Below are positions 46,996-56,991 of a stretch of 64,000 nucleotides of DNA, in pieces. The first letter of the stretch is position 1. The number at the start of each line of letters is the position of its first letter. A model generated the notes under the pieces. That model saw only the letters and a list, made by a program, of their open reading frames with translations, had not been told where the DNA came from and ran no database searches. A program made the translations under genes and the position numbers. Source of the DNA: Desulfatiglandales bacterium (GTDB lineage Bacteria > Desulfobacterota > DSM-4660 > Desulfatiglandales > Desulfatiglandaceae); the NCBI GenBank assembly GCA_963662465.1, contig OY759599.1:832001-896000 (forward strand), read 5' to 3'.

Positions 46996-48783
46996 ATGGG
47001 GATATCAATGGAAATGAAACGAGACGTGCGTAAGCTGGCGGATGTGGCATTGGGAAAGCATCCCGCGGATCTGGTGATTCAGGACGGGGTGCTGATGGAT
47101 GTGTACACCGGGCGTGTGCTGCCGGGCCGTTCGGTCGCCATGGTGGACGAATGGATCAGTTATGTGGGGCAGGATGCTGCGCACACCATCGGGCCGGATA
47201 CCCGGGTGATCGATGCGGGCGGTCGCACCATGTGCCCGGGTTTCATCGATGCCCACACCCATTTAATCAACTACTTCAATATGCCCGAATTCCTTTCCTA
47301 TGCCATTCCCTCGGGCGTCACCACCCTGGTGACGGAAGTGGAAAGTTATGCAACGGTTCTGGGCGCCAAAGGGGTTAACATTTTTCTGAATCAGATGGAT
47401 TCCTGCCCCATCAAGATATACGCTCTGGTCCCGCCCATGATCTCCTTGAGCCCGGCAGTGGCGCCCCTGATGACGTCAACACAACAGTTGGCCCGGCTTT
47501 TTGAAGACGCCAGGGTGATCGGATTGGGGGAATCCTTTTGGCAGGGCGCGATTTTGACATCCGACAGCCGGGTGCTGGACCTGATCAGTGCGACCCAAAA
47601 TGCTGGAAAGTCCGTTCAGGGCCACGCCGCCGGCGCCTTTGACCGAAAACTGGCCGCTTATGCGGCCACCGGTGTGGAATCCTGCCATGAGGCCATTTCC
47701 ACCGAAGACGTCCTCAACCGTCTTGAGATGGGAGTTTATGCCATGATCCGGGAAGGGGACATCCGCCGCGATCTGGAGATCATCCTTCCCTTGAAAGATA
47801 CCATTGATTTTCGCAGGATAATCCTGGTGACCGACGGCACCAACCCCAGCCTTTTGATGCAACGGGGGTATATGCGGGATGTGGTTCAAAAGGCGGTGGA
47901 CCTGGGCATCGACCCCATGGACGCGGTCCGCATGGCGACCCTCAATCCGGCCGAACACCTGGGACTGGACATGTTCATCGGGGGCATTGCGCCCGGTCGT
48001 CACGGGGACATTCTGTTGCTCTCTGAACCCCGCATCATGAAACCGGAGGTCGTTATTTCTAAGGGACGGGTGGTTGCGGAGAAGGGGCAAATGAGGGTGC
48101 CGATTCCCGCGGCGACCTATCCTGACCGACTCATGAATACGGTCAAGGCCCCGCCCATCTTGCCGGCTGATTTGAGGGTTTCCGAATCCCTTGCGGACGG
48201 GGAAGGGAGGGTCAGGACCCTGGATATTCAACCGGGCGGACTGGTAACCCGAGAGGGGAGGGCGGCCCCGAGGGTGGTGGCTGGACAATTGACGGTCGAC
48301 CCCGAAAATGATCTGCTGAAAGTCGTTTTTATGGAGCGTATCAGCGGTAGCGGAGAAAAATTTATCGGGTTTGTCCGGGGATGGGGGCAGAAACGGGGCG
48401 CTGTTGCCACCACCCTGTGCTGGGACGCCGGCGCCATTGTGGGCATCGGGGCCACCGATGAAGACCTGGCGGGCGCCATCAACCGTGTCATTGAAATGCA
48501 GGGGGGCACAGCCGTTGTTGTTGACGGGACCCTGAGGACGGATATTTCCCTTCGAGCGGGAGGATATGTTTCGGAGTTGAAAATGCCGGAACTTGCGGAG
48601 CGGCTGAGCCGGTTCCAGGGATCGATGGCATCCCTGTGCGTACCCCATGATTTCGCCCATCTGACCCTGAGTGTTTTGACCACGCCTGCCATTCCTTTTA
48701 TTCGGATGACGGAAAAAGGGTATTATCGGTTCAGGGAAGACGATTTTGTGGGGCTTGCACTACGGCATTCTGTCACAAATTAA
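46996..48783 (+). CDS. Adenine-deaminase-like amidohydrolase
   Basis: PGFIDAHTH, GHA, SCHE, IREG, MATLNPA and GIAPG. Confidence 0.8.
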   Translation: MGISMEMKRDVRKLADVALGKHPADLVIQDGVLMDVYTGRVLPGRSVAMVDEWISYVGQDAAHTIGPDTRVIDAGGRTMCPGFIDAHTHLINYFNMPEFLSYAIPSGVTTLVTEVESYATVLGAKGVNIFLNQMDSCPIKIYALVPPMISLSPAVAPLMTSTQQLARLFEDARVIGLGESFWQGAILTSDSRVLDLISATQNAGKSVQGHAAGAFDRKLAAYAATGVESCHEAISTEDVLNRLEMGVYAMIREGDIRRDLEIILPLKDTIDFRRIILVTDGTNPSLLMQRGYMRDVVQKAVDLGIDPMDAVRMATLNPAEHLGLDMFIGGIAPGRHGDILLLSEPRIMKPEVVISKGRVVAEKGQMRVPIPAATYPDRLMNTVKAPPILPADLRVSESLADGEGRVRTLDIQPGGLVTREGRAAPRVVAGQLTVDPENDLLKVVFMERISGSGEKFIGFVRGWGQKRGAVATTLCWDAGAIVGIGATDEDLAGAINRVIEMQGGTAVVVDGTLRTDISLRAGGYVSELKMPELAERLSRFQGSMASLCVPHDFAHLTLSVLTTPAIPFIRMTEKGYYRFREDDFVGLALRHSVTN

Positions 48784-48796
48784 GATGGCCCCATTC

Positions 48797-49354
48797 TCAC
48801 CCCCATAAGTTAGCCAGTTCTATTTCTATTTCCTGAAAAGGCTCGGCGCGGACTTTATCATTTTCGGTATAAGAATTGATGATGGTCCACTTTTTGTTTT
48901 CCAGTCGCAGTACGTCCAAAGTCTTATGAACAGGATCAACCAGCCAAAAAAACGGCACGCTATATTGTGCATAAATTGGCATTTTTTTAGTCTTATCCAG
49001 CCTTGCCGTACTCGGGGAAAGAATTTCACAAATCCAGTCCGGCGGCACGGCAATATAATTTGTCTCCGGCAGTTCAGGCAGTCGCTCCTTTTTCCATCCG
49101 GCCAGATCGGGCACGAGAATATTTTTCCCCAATTGCAGCTCCACTTCATCTAGTATCAGCCATCCCCCGGGACCGCCTCTCCCGATTTGATAGGGTGACC
49201 CTATTTCAATTCCTAGTACTGACGAAGCCTTGCTGTGTCTTGGCGAAGGTCTGGGCATGGCGTATAGTTCGCCATCTATAATTTCTCCTACCATATTTTC
49301 CGGAACCGTATATAAATCATCGTAGGTGGCTTCCTTTCTTGCAGCTTCACCCAT
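48797..49354 (-). CDS. Uma2-family endonuclease
   Basis: EIIDGEL, VPDLAGW, PDWICEILSPST and WLVDP. Confidence 0.9.
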   Translation of the reverse strand: MGEAARKEATYDDLYTVPENMVGEIIDGELYAMPRPSPRHSKASSVLGIEIGSPYQIGRGGPGGWLILDEVELQLGKNILVPDLAGWKKERLPELPETNYIAVPPDWICEILSPSTARLDKTKKMPIYAQYSVPFFWLVDPVHKTLDVLRLENKKWTIINSYTENDKVRAEPFQEIEIELANLWG

Positions 49355-49581
49355 ATTTCCGCCTCCTTGAGTTATAATATGGGACCATCCTGATGGGACT
49401 AATGGGATGCCCCAAATGCGTAGGTTCTATATGATACAATATTTATTTCGCAGTGGGCGATAAGACTTTGCTTTTTTTAGTGCTGACTATGCCGAAAAGT
49501 AAATTAAAAGTATAGGAATTTCGGTTAATGATATCTTGTTCATCACTGAATTCGTCAACAATAATCGTGGAAAGGATACAT

Positions 49582-50235
49582 ATGGCATATAAGGCAGGCA
49601 TTTTCGACTTGGACGGGACGTTGCTCGATACATTGGAGGATCTTGCTGACACCATGAATCGCACTTTGGAAGAGAGGGGCTTCCCGACACACCCCGTTTG
49701 GGCCTATCACCATTTCGTCGGCAACGGCGCCGCGAAAATCGTAGAAAGGACTCTGCCGCCGGAGAAGCGAAATAGAGCGTTAATGGCAGATTGTTTAAAG
49801 GCATTCCTCAAGGAATATGCGCGGAACTGGAACAGGAAGACCAAACCTTATGACGGCGTACCGGAACTGCTGGATGCCCTCACTTCAAAACAGATCCCCA
49901 TGGCCGTCTTTACCAACAAACCTCATGATTTCAGCGAACTCTGCATTCAGGAGTTTTTCTCCAACTGGGAGTTTAAAGCGGTATTTGGCCAGCGGGAGGG
50001 ACATCCCATGAAGCCTGATCCGGCGGTTCCGCTTAAGATAGCAGAACACCTGAATATACCCCCACAGCAGTTTCTCTATCTCGGCGACAGTGACGCCGAC
50101 ATGAAAACGGCGGTTAACGCCCACATGCTTCCGGTCGGGGCCCTCTGGGGGTTTCGTTCGGAAAAAGAATTGCGCGAGTCCGGCGCCGTTGAAATAATCC
50201 GTCGGCCGGCGGAACTGTTGGCGTTGGTGAACTGA
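49582..50235 (+). CDS. HAD-family phosphatase (phosphoglycolate-phosphatase-like)
   Basis: FDLDGTL, TNK, KPDP and GDSDAD. Confidence 0.9.
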   Translation: MAYKAGIFDLDGTLLDTLEDLADTMNRTLEERGFPTHPVWAYHHFVGNGAAKIVERTLPPEKRNRALMADCLKAFLKEYARNWNRKTKPYDGVPELLDALTSKQIPMAVFTNKPHDFSELCIQEFFSNWEFKAVFGQREGHPMKPDPAVPLKIAEHLNIPPQQFLYLGDSDADMKTAVNAHMLPVGALWGFRSEKELRESGAVEIIRRPAELLALVN

Positions 50236-50299
50236 GGCCTCAGCAAATGAAATTACGGAAATTGATGCTCAAGCTTCCTGTCTTTGTCCAAGCCCTGTT

Positions 50300-50466
50300 G
50301 CCGGCAGCGACTTTAGCGTCTGCATTTTCGCTTGCGACGTTCCCGTACCATAAATTTTCAGGATAGATTACCATCACGGGTCCGTTGTCGCACTGTTTCA
50401 TGCAGCCGGTGCTGGTCAAGAGCGCGTCTATTCCCCGATCGAATATTTCACCCTTGATGTAGGGGT
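50300..50466 (-). pseudogene. C-terminal fragment of a thioredoxin-like 2Fe-2S ferredoxin
   Basis: Minus frame reads TSTGCMKQCDNGPVMVIYPENLWYG; no start codon. Confidence 0.65.
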
Positions 50467-50473
50467 AGGGCGT

Positions 50474-50645
50474 CTAAAAACCGCCTTTTCCGATCTGACT
50501 CACGTTGGTTTTGTTCAAAGCCGTTTCATGACTGATCTTGCTTGCATGTGTCAAAAGCTCGCGTCCGGTCATGCTCAGGAATTGATGCAGACGTTCAATC
50601 CAGTCCTGCATGGTCATCGGGTTATGGTTCAATGCCTGGGATAGG
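50474..50645 (-). pseudogene. RhuM-family C-terminal fragment
   Basis: PMTMQDWIERL..FL...LLTHASKISHE resembles the end of 21988-23001. Confidence 0.65.
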
Positions 50646-50730
50646 GTAATTTTCTCTTTGCTCAATTGTGACGTCCCTCGCCTTTATTTGTTAACAGGCA
50701 TTCTAACCACAAGCACCATAACTCCTTATT

Positions 50731-51174
50731 CTATAATGGATTCTTTGTATCAATAAACGTGAATTCCTCAAAGTCTTTGGTGTTGACGGTGTACAGCCCA
50801 GCAATACCACAATCTTTCAACGTAGCAACCAGTGCCACATCAAAGATTTTCTTTCGTGTCGTTACAGATTTGAGCAAATTCAGCAAGGTTGCAAGCTGCG
50901 TCGGTTGGGGATAGAGGATCGTCACGCCAGTATCAAGATAATCGTGTAGCACCTGAATGGCATCAGGTAACGGCAGGGGCGCTTCAAGTCGATGCCATGT
51001 GATGACATTCAGAAACTCCATGAGGATTTGTGCCGGAAAACAGATTGAGAGCTGTCCATCAGGATTCCGTGCGTTCATCACCTGCTCGACAAACACCTTG
51101 GCGGACGCATGATATGGGGATTTTATGTTATGAGCATAGACGAGAAGGTTCGTGTCAAGTGCATACATTTTCAC
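50731..51174 (-). CDS. PIN-domain (VapC-type) toxin
   Basis: LDTNLLVYA, EF, IFD and N.KDF motifs. Confidence 0.85.
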   Translation of the reverse strand: MKMYALDTNLLVYAHNIKSPYHASAKVFVEQVMNARNPDGQLSICFPAQILMEFLNVITWHRLEAPLPLPDAIQVLHDYLDTGVTILYPQPTQLATLLNLLKSVTTRKKIFDVALVATLKDCGIAGLYTVNTKDFEEFTFIDTKNPL

Positions 51175-51404
51175 ATTCCCCTTTCAGCATACATCTCTTC
51201 CCGATCACAGGAAATATCGCGTCCGAGATCAAAGGTTCGAACCCGAAATGGTGCAGAGCGCACCTGACGAGATTCTGTATGAATGATGTCATGTTTCAGC
51301 GATTCAAGAAGCACCTCGATCACCTGTATACGGTCTGCCACCGGGGCATGTTGAAGCTGTTGTACCGTTTCTTGAGCAATCATCTGTTTTTTCCTCATAT
51401 CCAA
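51171..51404 (-). CDS. Putative antitoxin upstream of the PIN gene
   Basis: 77 aa; 4-nt overlap with the toxin start. Confidence 0.6.
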   Translation of the reverse strand: MDMRKKQMIAQETVQQLQHAPVADRIQVIEVLLESLKHDIIHTESRQVRSAPFRVRTFDLGRDISCDREEMYAERGM

Positions 51405-52026
51405 TATTTGAGTTCAACGTCACATCAACGTTGCCCCCTTCTATAGCGATCCTACGTCATTTGTATCATAGCCTTACTCCAACCCTGCCAGGGTTTCAAC
51501 CCCCTGGTAGGGTGAAGAACTGATACAACTCATGTAGGATTGCTATACTTTCTCTCCCACGCACCAGTCTTTTTACGGTTTCCCCTCCTGATACATGGCC
51601 CTTTCTTTATTAACATATGGGGTCGTGAAAGGCAAAAGGTAGCTTAAGGTGAATCAAATTATTTGATTTTTTTGGCATCTTTTAAAAAATCGCAAAAGTA
51701 GTTTACATTTTACCATGAAAATACAGCCGTTAGCAGTTAGCTATTAGCCGTTAGCTTAAAAGCGGTAGATGTTATTTTCATCCGCAGGGGTGGCAAATCC
51801 CCTTGTCATGAGGGTTTACCATGCAAACACCTTCAGTTTCACTCGGTTCTATCTGTGAGAGAGGTTTTCAACCTCGACTATCGCGGCGAAACGCCGCTCC
51901 CACAGGGGAGTTTCCATGCTTGGAAACGAGATACATGGGGGCAAAAGTGTAAACTGGAAAATGAAGGATGCCGTATTTTTATTTGCCGGCCTCTTGGCAC
52001 CACAACGAACGTCTCCTTTTTTCCGC

Positions 52027-53520
52027 TTATCCCATTGGCAAAGCCAAATCCTTTGCTATGGTCAGGTAGAAGACCGTTTTTTTGCCGGGTTCCGAGCTGA
52101 CCCGAATTTCTCCCCCATGGCGGTGTGCCACCTCCCGGACGATGTTAAGGCCGAGTCCGGCGCCCTCAATCCCTCCGGAGCCGGCATTTCGCTCAAATAG
52201 CTCGAATATCTTTTCCTTATTTTCCGGTTTGATGCCTACGCCGTTATCTGTAACGGAAAGGATATGGAACTGCTCGGTAGAATCATACCCTATCCGGATT
52301 CGGCTTAAGTTGGCGCCACCATATTTCAGGGTATTATCCACCAGGTTGCGTAAAGCGCGGATAAACGACAATTGATCCGCATGAATTTCAACGGACATAC
52401 GGGGTTCAATCCATTCTATCTCCCTCACGCTGAGTCGGGTGGAAAATTCGTCTTTTATTATCCGTAACATCTTGTTGATGCTAATTTCCTCTATTGCCAA
52501 CGGTGCTTCTTTACTGACGATGTAATGGTTTATTTTTTCCACCAGCGTGGCAATATGCTCGCAGGCCTTGACAATTTGATCGCAGTAAGTTTGACCGTTT
52601 TCATCGACGATCTCACCATATTTTTTTTGCAGCAGTCTGGAGAGTCCGTGGATTGCGATGGCTGGGCTTTTGAGGTCATGCACGACGGAATAGGCAAATC
52701 GCTTGAGGTCTTCCGAACTCTTATATAAAGCTTTTTCCGCTTTCTTTCGTTCTTCGTTTTCCGTTTTCAGGTTTTCGTTGGCAAGTGCCAATTCGAAGGT
52801 ACGCTCCCGGACTCTTTGCTCCAATTCCTTTTTTGCCTTACGCAATGCTTCCTGAGTGTGTACCCGCTGAATAGCGGTTCCGAGTCCCATGGCCGCTGTT
52901 TCCAAAATCTCCACATCTTCCAGCGGGATCATATTTTCTCGCTGGTCGGCGACATGGATCAGACCTACAACCTGATTTTCGAGGCGGATCGGCAACAAGG
53001 CAATTGACTCATATCCAAAACGGTTGCACATGTTGCGGGTGGCGCCCTTTTGGTCTTCCGCCACGTTGGCGAGGAAGCGGCTGGTGCCGTTGATATAAAA
53101 TGAGCCGTACGGCGTGAAAAATTCTAAATCCGGATCGATATTCTGAGTAATTACATCGATACACATGCACTGGTCGGTCTTGATCGACAGCGGGCTCTCC
53201 AGTTCATAAAACTCACTGCTGAACCCATAATACGCCTGATAAGGGATATCGCCCTGTTCATTCAGAATACGAATTCCTGCTGCCGGGCAGCCTGTGAACT
53301 GTTTGATCTCTTCCAGAGACTCCCGCAGCAGCACCGGCATTTCATTGTTTCTGTTGCCGATCTCAAGAAAGCGATGCGACAGCTTCAAGGCCCGTTGATT
53401 GTGTGTGCGCTTGCTGATATCTCGGGTAATCCCCCGGTAGCCCAACAGCGCGTCATGCCCGTTAACAATCGGCACGGCATTGGTCTCCACAGTCACTTCA
53501 TGACCATCTTTATGAACAGC
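52027..53520 (-). pseudogene. Sensor histidine kinase (partial PAS, GAF, HisKA, HATPase), 5'-truncated
   Basis: HDLKSP, NLVDN, DNGVG and GAGLGL; the N-terminus is fused to unrelated scraps. Confidence 0.75.
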
Positions 53521-53610
53521 CACCACTGCCGCGATTCCCCCGCCCATCTCAAGCACCCGGTTTACGGCGGCGGCCATGGCGTCCGGACTGCGGCCGATCA
53601 CAACGATTTC
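53520..53610 (-). pseudogene. Scrap resembling an adenine deaminase C-terminal segment
   Basis: IVVIGRSPDAMAAAVNRVLEMGGG resembles IVGIGATDEDLAGAINRVIEMQGG in 46996-48783. Confidence 0.55.
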
Positions 53611-53611
53611 C

Positions 53612-54393
53612 GTTGAGGAGCTGGCCACGGTGAATGTGGAGCTGCAAAACAAGGTGGATGAATTTTCCAAGGCCAATGACGACATGCACAATCTTTTGGC
53701 CGCAACGGAAATCGTCTCCCTGTTTTTGGATACCGACCTTCACATTAAACGCTTCACCCCTGCCGCGGCCAACATCATCCGGTTGATTCATACGGACGTG
53801 GGCAGGTCCTTAAATGACCTTAAAACCTGTTTTCCTGCAGTCGATCTGGTCAGTCTGGGGGAAAAGGTGCTGAAAGATCTCAATATGGTGGAGATGGAAA
53901 TCTGTCAACGGATTTGACCTGGTATGCCTTGAAGATCCTGCCCTACCGAACTACCGGAAATGTCATCGACGGTGTGGTCATGACCTTCCTGGATATACAC
54001 ACCGTCAAGCAGGCGGATAAGGTCCGGCGCTTGGCCACTGTCCTGGAAGATGCCAATGACGCCATCACCGTGCTGAATAAGAAGGGCCGGATTCTGCCCT
54101 GGAACAAGGGGGCGCACGAGCTGTATGGATGGACCGAGCCGGAGGCCCTGCAAATGAATTATGCCGATCTTTTCCCAAAGGATCGTGAAAATGACTTTCA
54201 AGACATCATCCATGAATTGACGAAAAACAAAACCATCAAATCCTTCAAGACCCGGCGCATGACAAAAGACAGCAGCATTTTGAGCATCTGGCTGACCGCC
54301 AGCGCCTTGAGCGATGAAAACGGTGAGATGGTGGAGATAGCGATTACGGAACGGGATTTGGCGTGGCTGGTGGGAATGGAGGATCGTCACTGA
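53612..54393 (+). pseudogene. C-terminal PAS part of a CheB/CheR-fusion-like protein, frameshifted near 53910
   Basis: EELATVN.ELQ.KV, LFLD..L.IKRFTP and PYRT..NVIDGVV.TF. Confidence 0.7.
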
Positions 54394-54399
54394 AGCGAA

Positions 54400-54590
54400 T
54401 CTTACCGCTGCCACTATATCCTTCCCCCACAAAAACCGCAGTTCTTAAGGTCAACAGAAACTTACGCCAATTATGGCGAGGGTTTTTCAGCAACTCATAG
54501 GCGACATTTTTCCTGAACGACAGACTAGCATTGGTGACTATCCCTCTGTAAGCAAACACGACATTTTTTCCGTCTTGATCCGCTTGTGAG
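54400..54590 (-). pseudogene. Possible IS4-like transposase scrap
   Basis: KNVAYELLKNPRHNWRKFLL. Confidence 0.4.
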
Positions 54591-54700
54591 CCTTTTTGTT
54601 AAAAGGTTGCCGGCAGCATTAAAATTGCTGAGAGCGAAAAACTTCCTTGACATCCCAATCGGACAGCTATATATTTCCTTAATTGCATATAGGCGCTCAA

Positions 54701-55043
54701 ATGAAAAAATTTATAGAAGTGATGAAAGCCCTTTCCGATCCCAACCGGGTCAGAATCTTGAAGATGCTACAGCACCGCCCCATGTGTGTGTGTGATTCAG
54801 GAAGGACTGGGAATTTCGTAGCCCACCGTGTCCAATCACCTGAAAAATCTCGAAAGGGCGGGTTTGGTTTCTTTTGAGAAAGACGGCCTATGGGTGGACT
54901 ATTTTCTCGCTGATGGAAGTGAAAGTCCATACGCTGGAGTCCTTCTTGGGAACCTGAGACACTGGCTTGAAGACGATGAGGCAGTTTCCCGACTCCTCAG
55001 AAAACTTCCTTCAATACGGAGAGAAAAAATCTGCAAAAAATGA
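54701..55043 (+). pseudogene. ArsR-family regulator with a frameshift and a TAG stop
   Basis: KALSDPNRVRIL..MCVC, frameshift near 54794, TAG at 54819, then PTVSNHLK.LE.AGLV. Confidence 0.85.
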
Positions 55044-55204
55044 TTTTTTTTGTGCATAACATATCGACATATAACTATGTATAGATTATTAGCGTGGCTA
55101 CTTGGCCGTAAGAATGAAACCTGTCGGTGAAAGGATTATAAACTGAATTTTTATCGCAAGATACGAAGAGAGCAAAGAAAACATAATCTTTTGGGTGAAT
55201 AAGG

Positions 55205-55717
55205 ATGGAGGCAGAAATGTCGCAGGAGGACATAGTTCAGATCAGGGTGGGCAATTGGCCTGTCGGCATTATGGGACTCAAGACTGTGATAGAAGATATG
55301 CTCGGAGAATACGTGGACAAGCCTGATCAGGAAGTTATGGAAGAACTTCTGAGGCGCCTGGGAAAAAGGAATTACATTCCGCAAACGGTACGAGAGAATT
55401 ATGGGACGGCCTTTCTGAGGGAATTTAAGAAATTTTCTGGGAAACCCGTGGAAGATGCGAAAGAACAGGGGCTGGTAATCAAAGTGCTGGGGCCGGGGTG
55501 TGCTCAGTGTGATCGACTGGAGCAGGAGCTCATGCAGGTCATGAGTGAAACCGGTATGATGGCCGATATAGAACATATTAGAGATATCAAGGAGATTGGT
55601 CGCCACGGCGTGATGGGATCGCCGGCCCTAATAATCAACGGTAAAGTCAAAGCGGTGGGAAAGGTTCCGCCGCGAACTCAACTAATTCAATGGCTTAAAG
55701 AAGCGGATGGCAGATGA
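55205..55717 (+). CDS. Thioredoxin-family protein with an N-terminal extension
   Basis: IKVLGPGCAQC and GVMGSPALIING. Confidence 0.85.
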   Translation: MEAEMSQEDIVQIRVGNWPVGIMGLKTVIEDMLGEYVDKPDQEVMEELLRRLGKRNYIPQTVRENYGTAFLREFKKFSGKPVEDAKEQGLVIKVLGPGCAQCDRLEQELMQVMSETGMMADIEHIRDIKEIGRHGVMGSPALIINGKVKAVGKVPPRTQLIQWLKEADGR

Positions 55718-55751
55718 AAGATTAACAAAACAATGAGAAAGGATTTGCGAT

Positions 55752-55991
55752 ATGGAGATCAAGATTCTGGGACCTGGATGTCCCAAATGTGAGCAGACGG
55801 AAAAACTGGTGAAGGAAGCGGTTAAGGAGTCTGGTATGGAGGCCTCTGTGACCAAAGTCAAGGACATCATGGAAATTGCCAAGCAAGGAGTTTTTATGAC
55901 TCCCGCCGTTGTTGTGGACGGCGAAGTGAAGAGCGTGGGGAAGGTTCCTTCCAAAGAAGATATCAAGGGATGGATAACCAAAAAGATGTGA
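55752..55991 (+). CDS. Small redox-active disulfide protein (thioredoxin_3 type)
   Basis: IKILGPGCPKC and TPAVVVDG. Confidence 0.9.
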   Translation: MEIKILGPGCPKCEQTEKLVKEAVKESGMEASVTKVKDIMEIAKQGVFMTPAVVVDGEVKSVGKVPSKEDIKGWITKKM

Positions 55992-56254
55992 ACGAATATT
56001 TATCAGTGACTTTTTTTGGGGAGAGTGAAGAGATGGCTGAAGAATGTTGTACGCCGGGAGGAAACGTCATGATCCTTATTATCCCGGTCCAGGTCTTCTA
56101 CAATGCCAAAGGGAAAGAGGTTTTCAGGCACAAAGGGTTCTATGCGGAAAAAGACGTCCTGAAACAGCTGAAAAAGATGGACGTTAGCTGATCTAATATC
56201 CATCATTACAATATATAGAGGACTGCAAAGCTTCGCATTGAAATACGGAGAACA

Positions 56255-56965
56255 TTGATGCTGGAATCGTTTTTTCTGACCGTCAACGAATGGATTGCAG
56301 GCGGCACGGCCATCGCCGCTGTGGGTTGTTTTATCTGGGGCATGATCAGCGTGGTGTTCAGCCCCTGTCACCTGGCTTCCATTCCTTTGATCGTCGCTTA
56401 TGTGGGCGGGCAGGAAGAGCTCTTGAAACCGAGACAGGCCGCATGGTATTCCGTGGCCTTTACCGTGGGGCTCTTTGTCACCATCTCACTCATCGGGATC
56501 ATCTGCGCGTTGTTAGGAAGAATGCTGGGGGACGTGGGCAACTACTGGCAGATCCTGATTGGTCTGGTCCTGGTTTGGGTGGCATTGGGTATGCTGGGTG
56601 TGGAAAAATGTTCCATGTCAGGAAACCTTCTTTCAAAGGTGAAAATTCGCGGCATGGGAGGGGCACTGGTTCTGGGTCTGGCCTACGGGGTCCTTTCCGG
56701 ATCCTGCACTTTCGGGTTTATAGCCCCCATTCTGGCTATTGTGACCGTGCAGGAAAAAGTGGTCACGGGGATTTTGTTCATTCTGCTGTTTGCCCTTGGC
56801 CACTGCCTTCCTATTGTGGTTGCGGGCAGTTCCACCGCAGCGGTAAAGCGCGTGATGGAAAGCAGCCGCTGGCAGGGGGCCGGCAACTGGTTTCGAAAAG
56901 GGGCCGGTGTGGTAATTGGATGCCTGGGTCTCTATTTTATTTTTAACCCGTTTTTTGTGGTGTAA
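56255..56965 (+). CDS. CcdA/DsbD-type membrane disulfide transporter
   Basis: FSPCHLASIP and GSCTFG; several hydrophobic segments. Confidence 0.85.
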   Translation: MMLESFFLTVNEWIAGGTAIAAVGCFIWGMISVVFSPCHLASIPLIVAYVGGQEELLKPRQAAWYSVAFTVGLFVTISLIGIICALLGRMLGDVGNYWQILIGLVLVWVALGMLGVEKCSMSGNLLSKVKIRGMGGALVLGLAYGVLSGSCTFGFIAPILAIVTVQEKVVTGILFILLFALGHCLPIVVAGSSTAAVKRVMESSRWQGAGNWFRKGAGVVIGCLGLYFIFNPFFVV

Positions 56966-56991
56966 AACCCATTTCAAGGAGGTAAAGAATC

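Noticed and set aside
35682..48660. Long minus-strand ORFs (35682-37124, 41389-42477, 47476-48660 and similar)
   Set aside because: Antisense shadows of well-supported plus-strand genes, with no motifs of their own
52027..53691. 554-aa ORF as a genuine full-length kinase
   Set aside because: Its N-terminus is the antisense of a CheR-PAS scrap plus a deaminase-like scrap, with no credible start
54819..54821. In-frame TAG in arsR as pyrrolysine or readthrough
   Set aside because: It sits at a normally Gln position and the gene is also frameshifted
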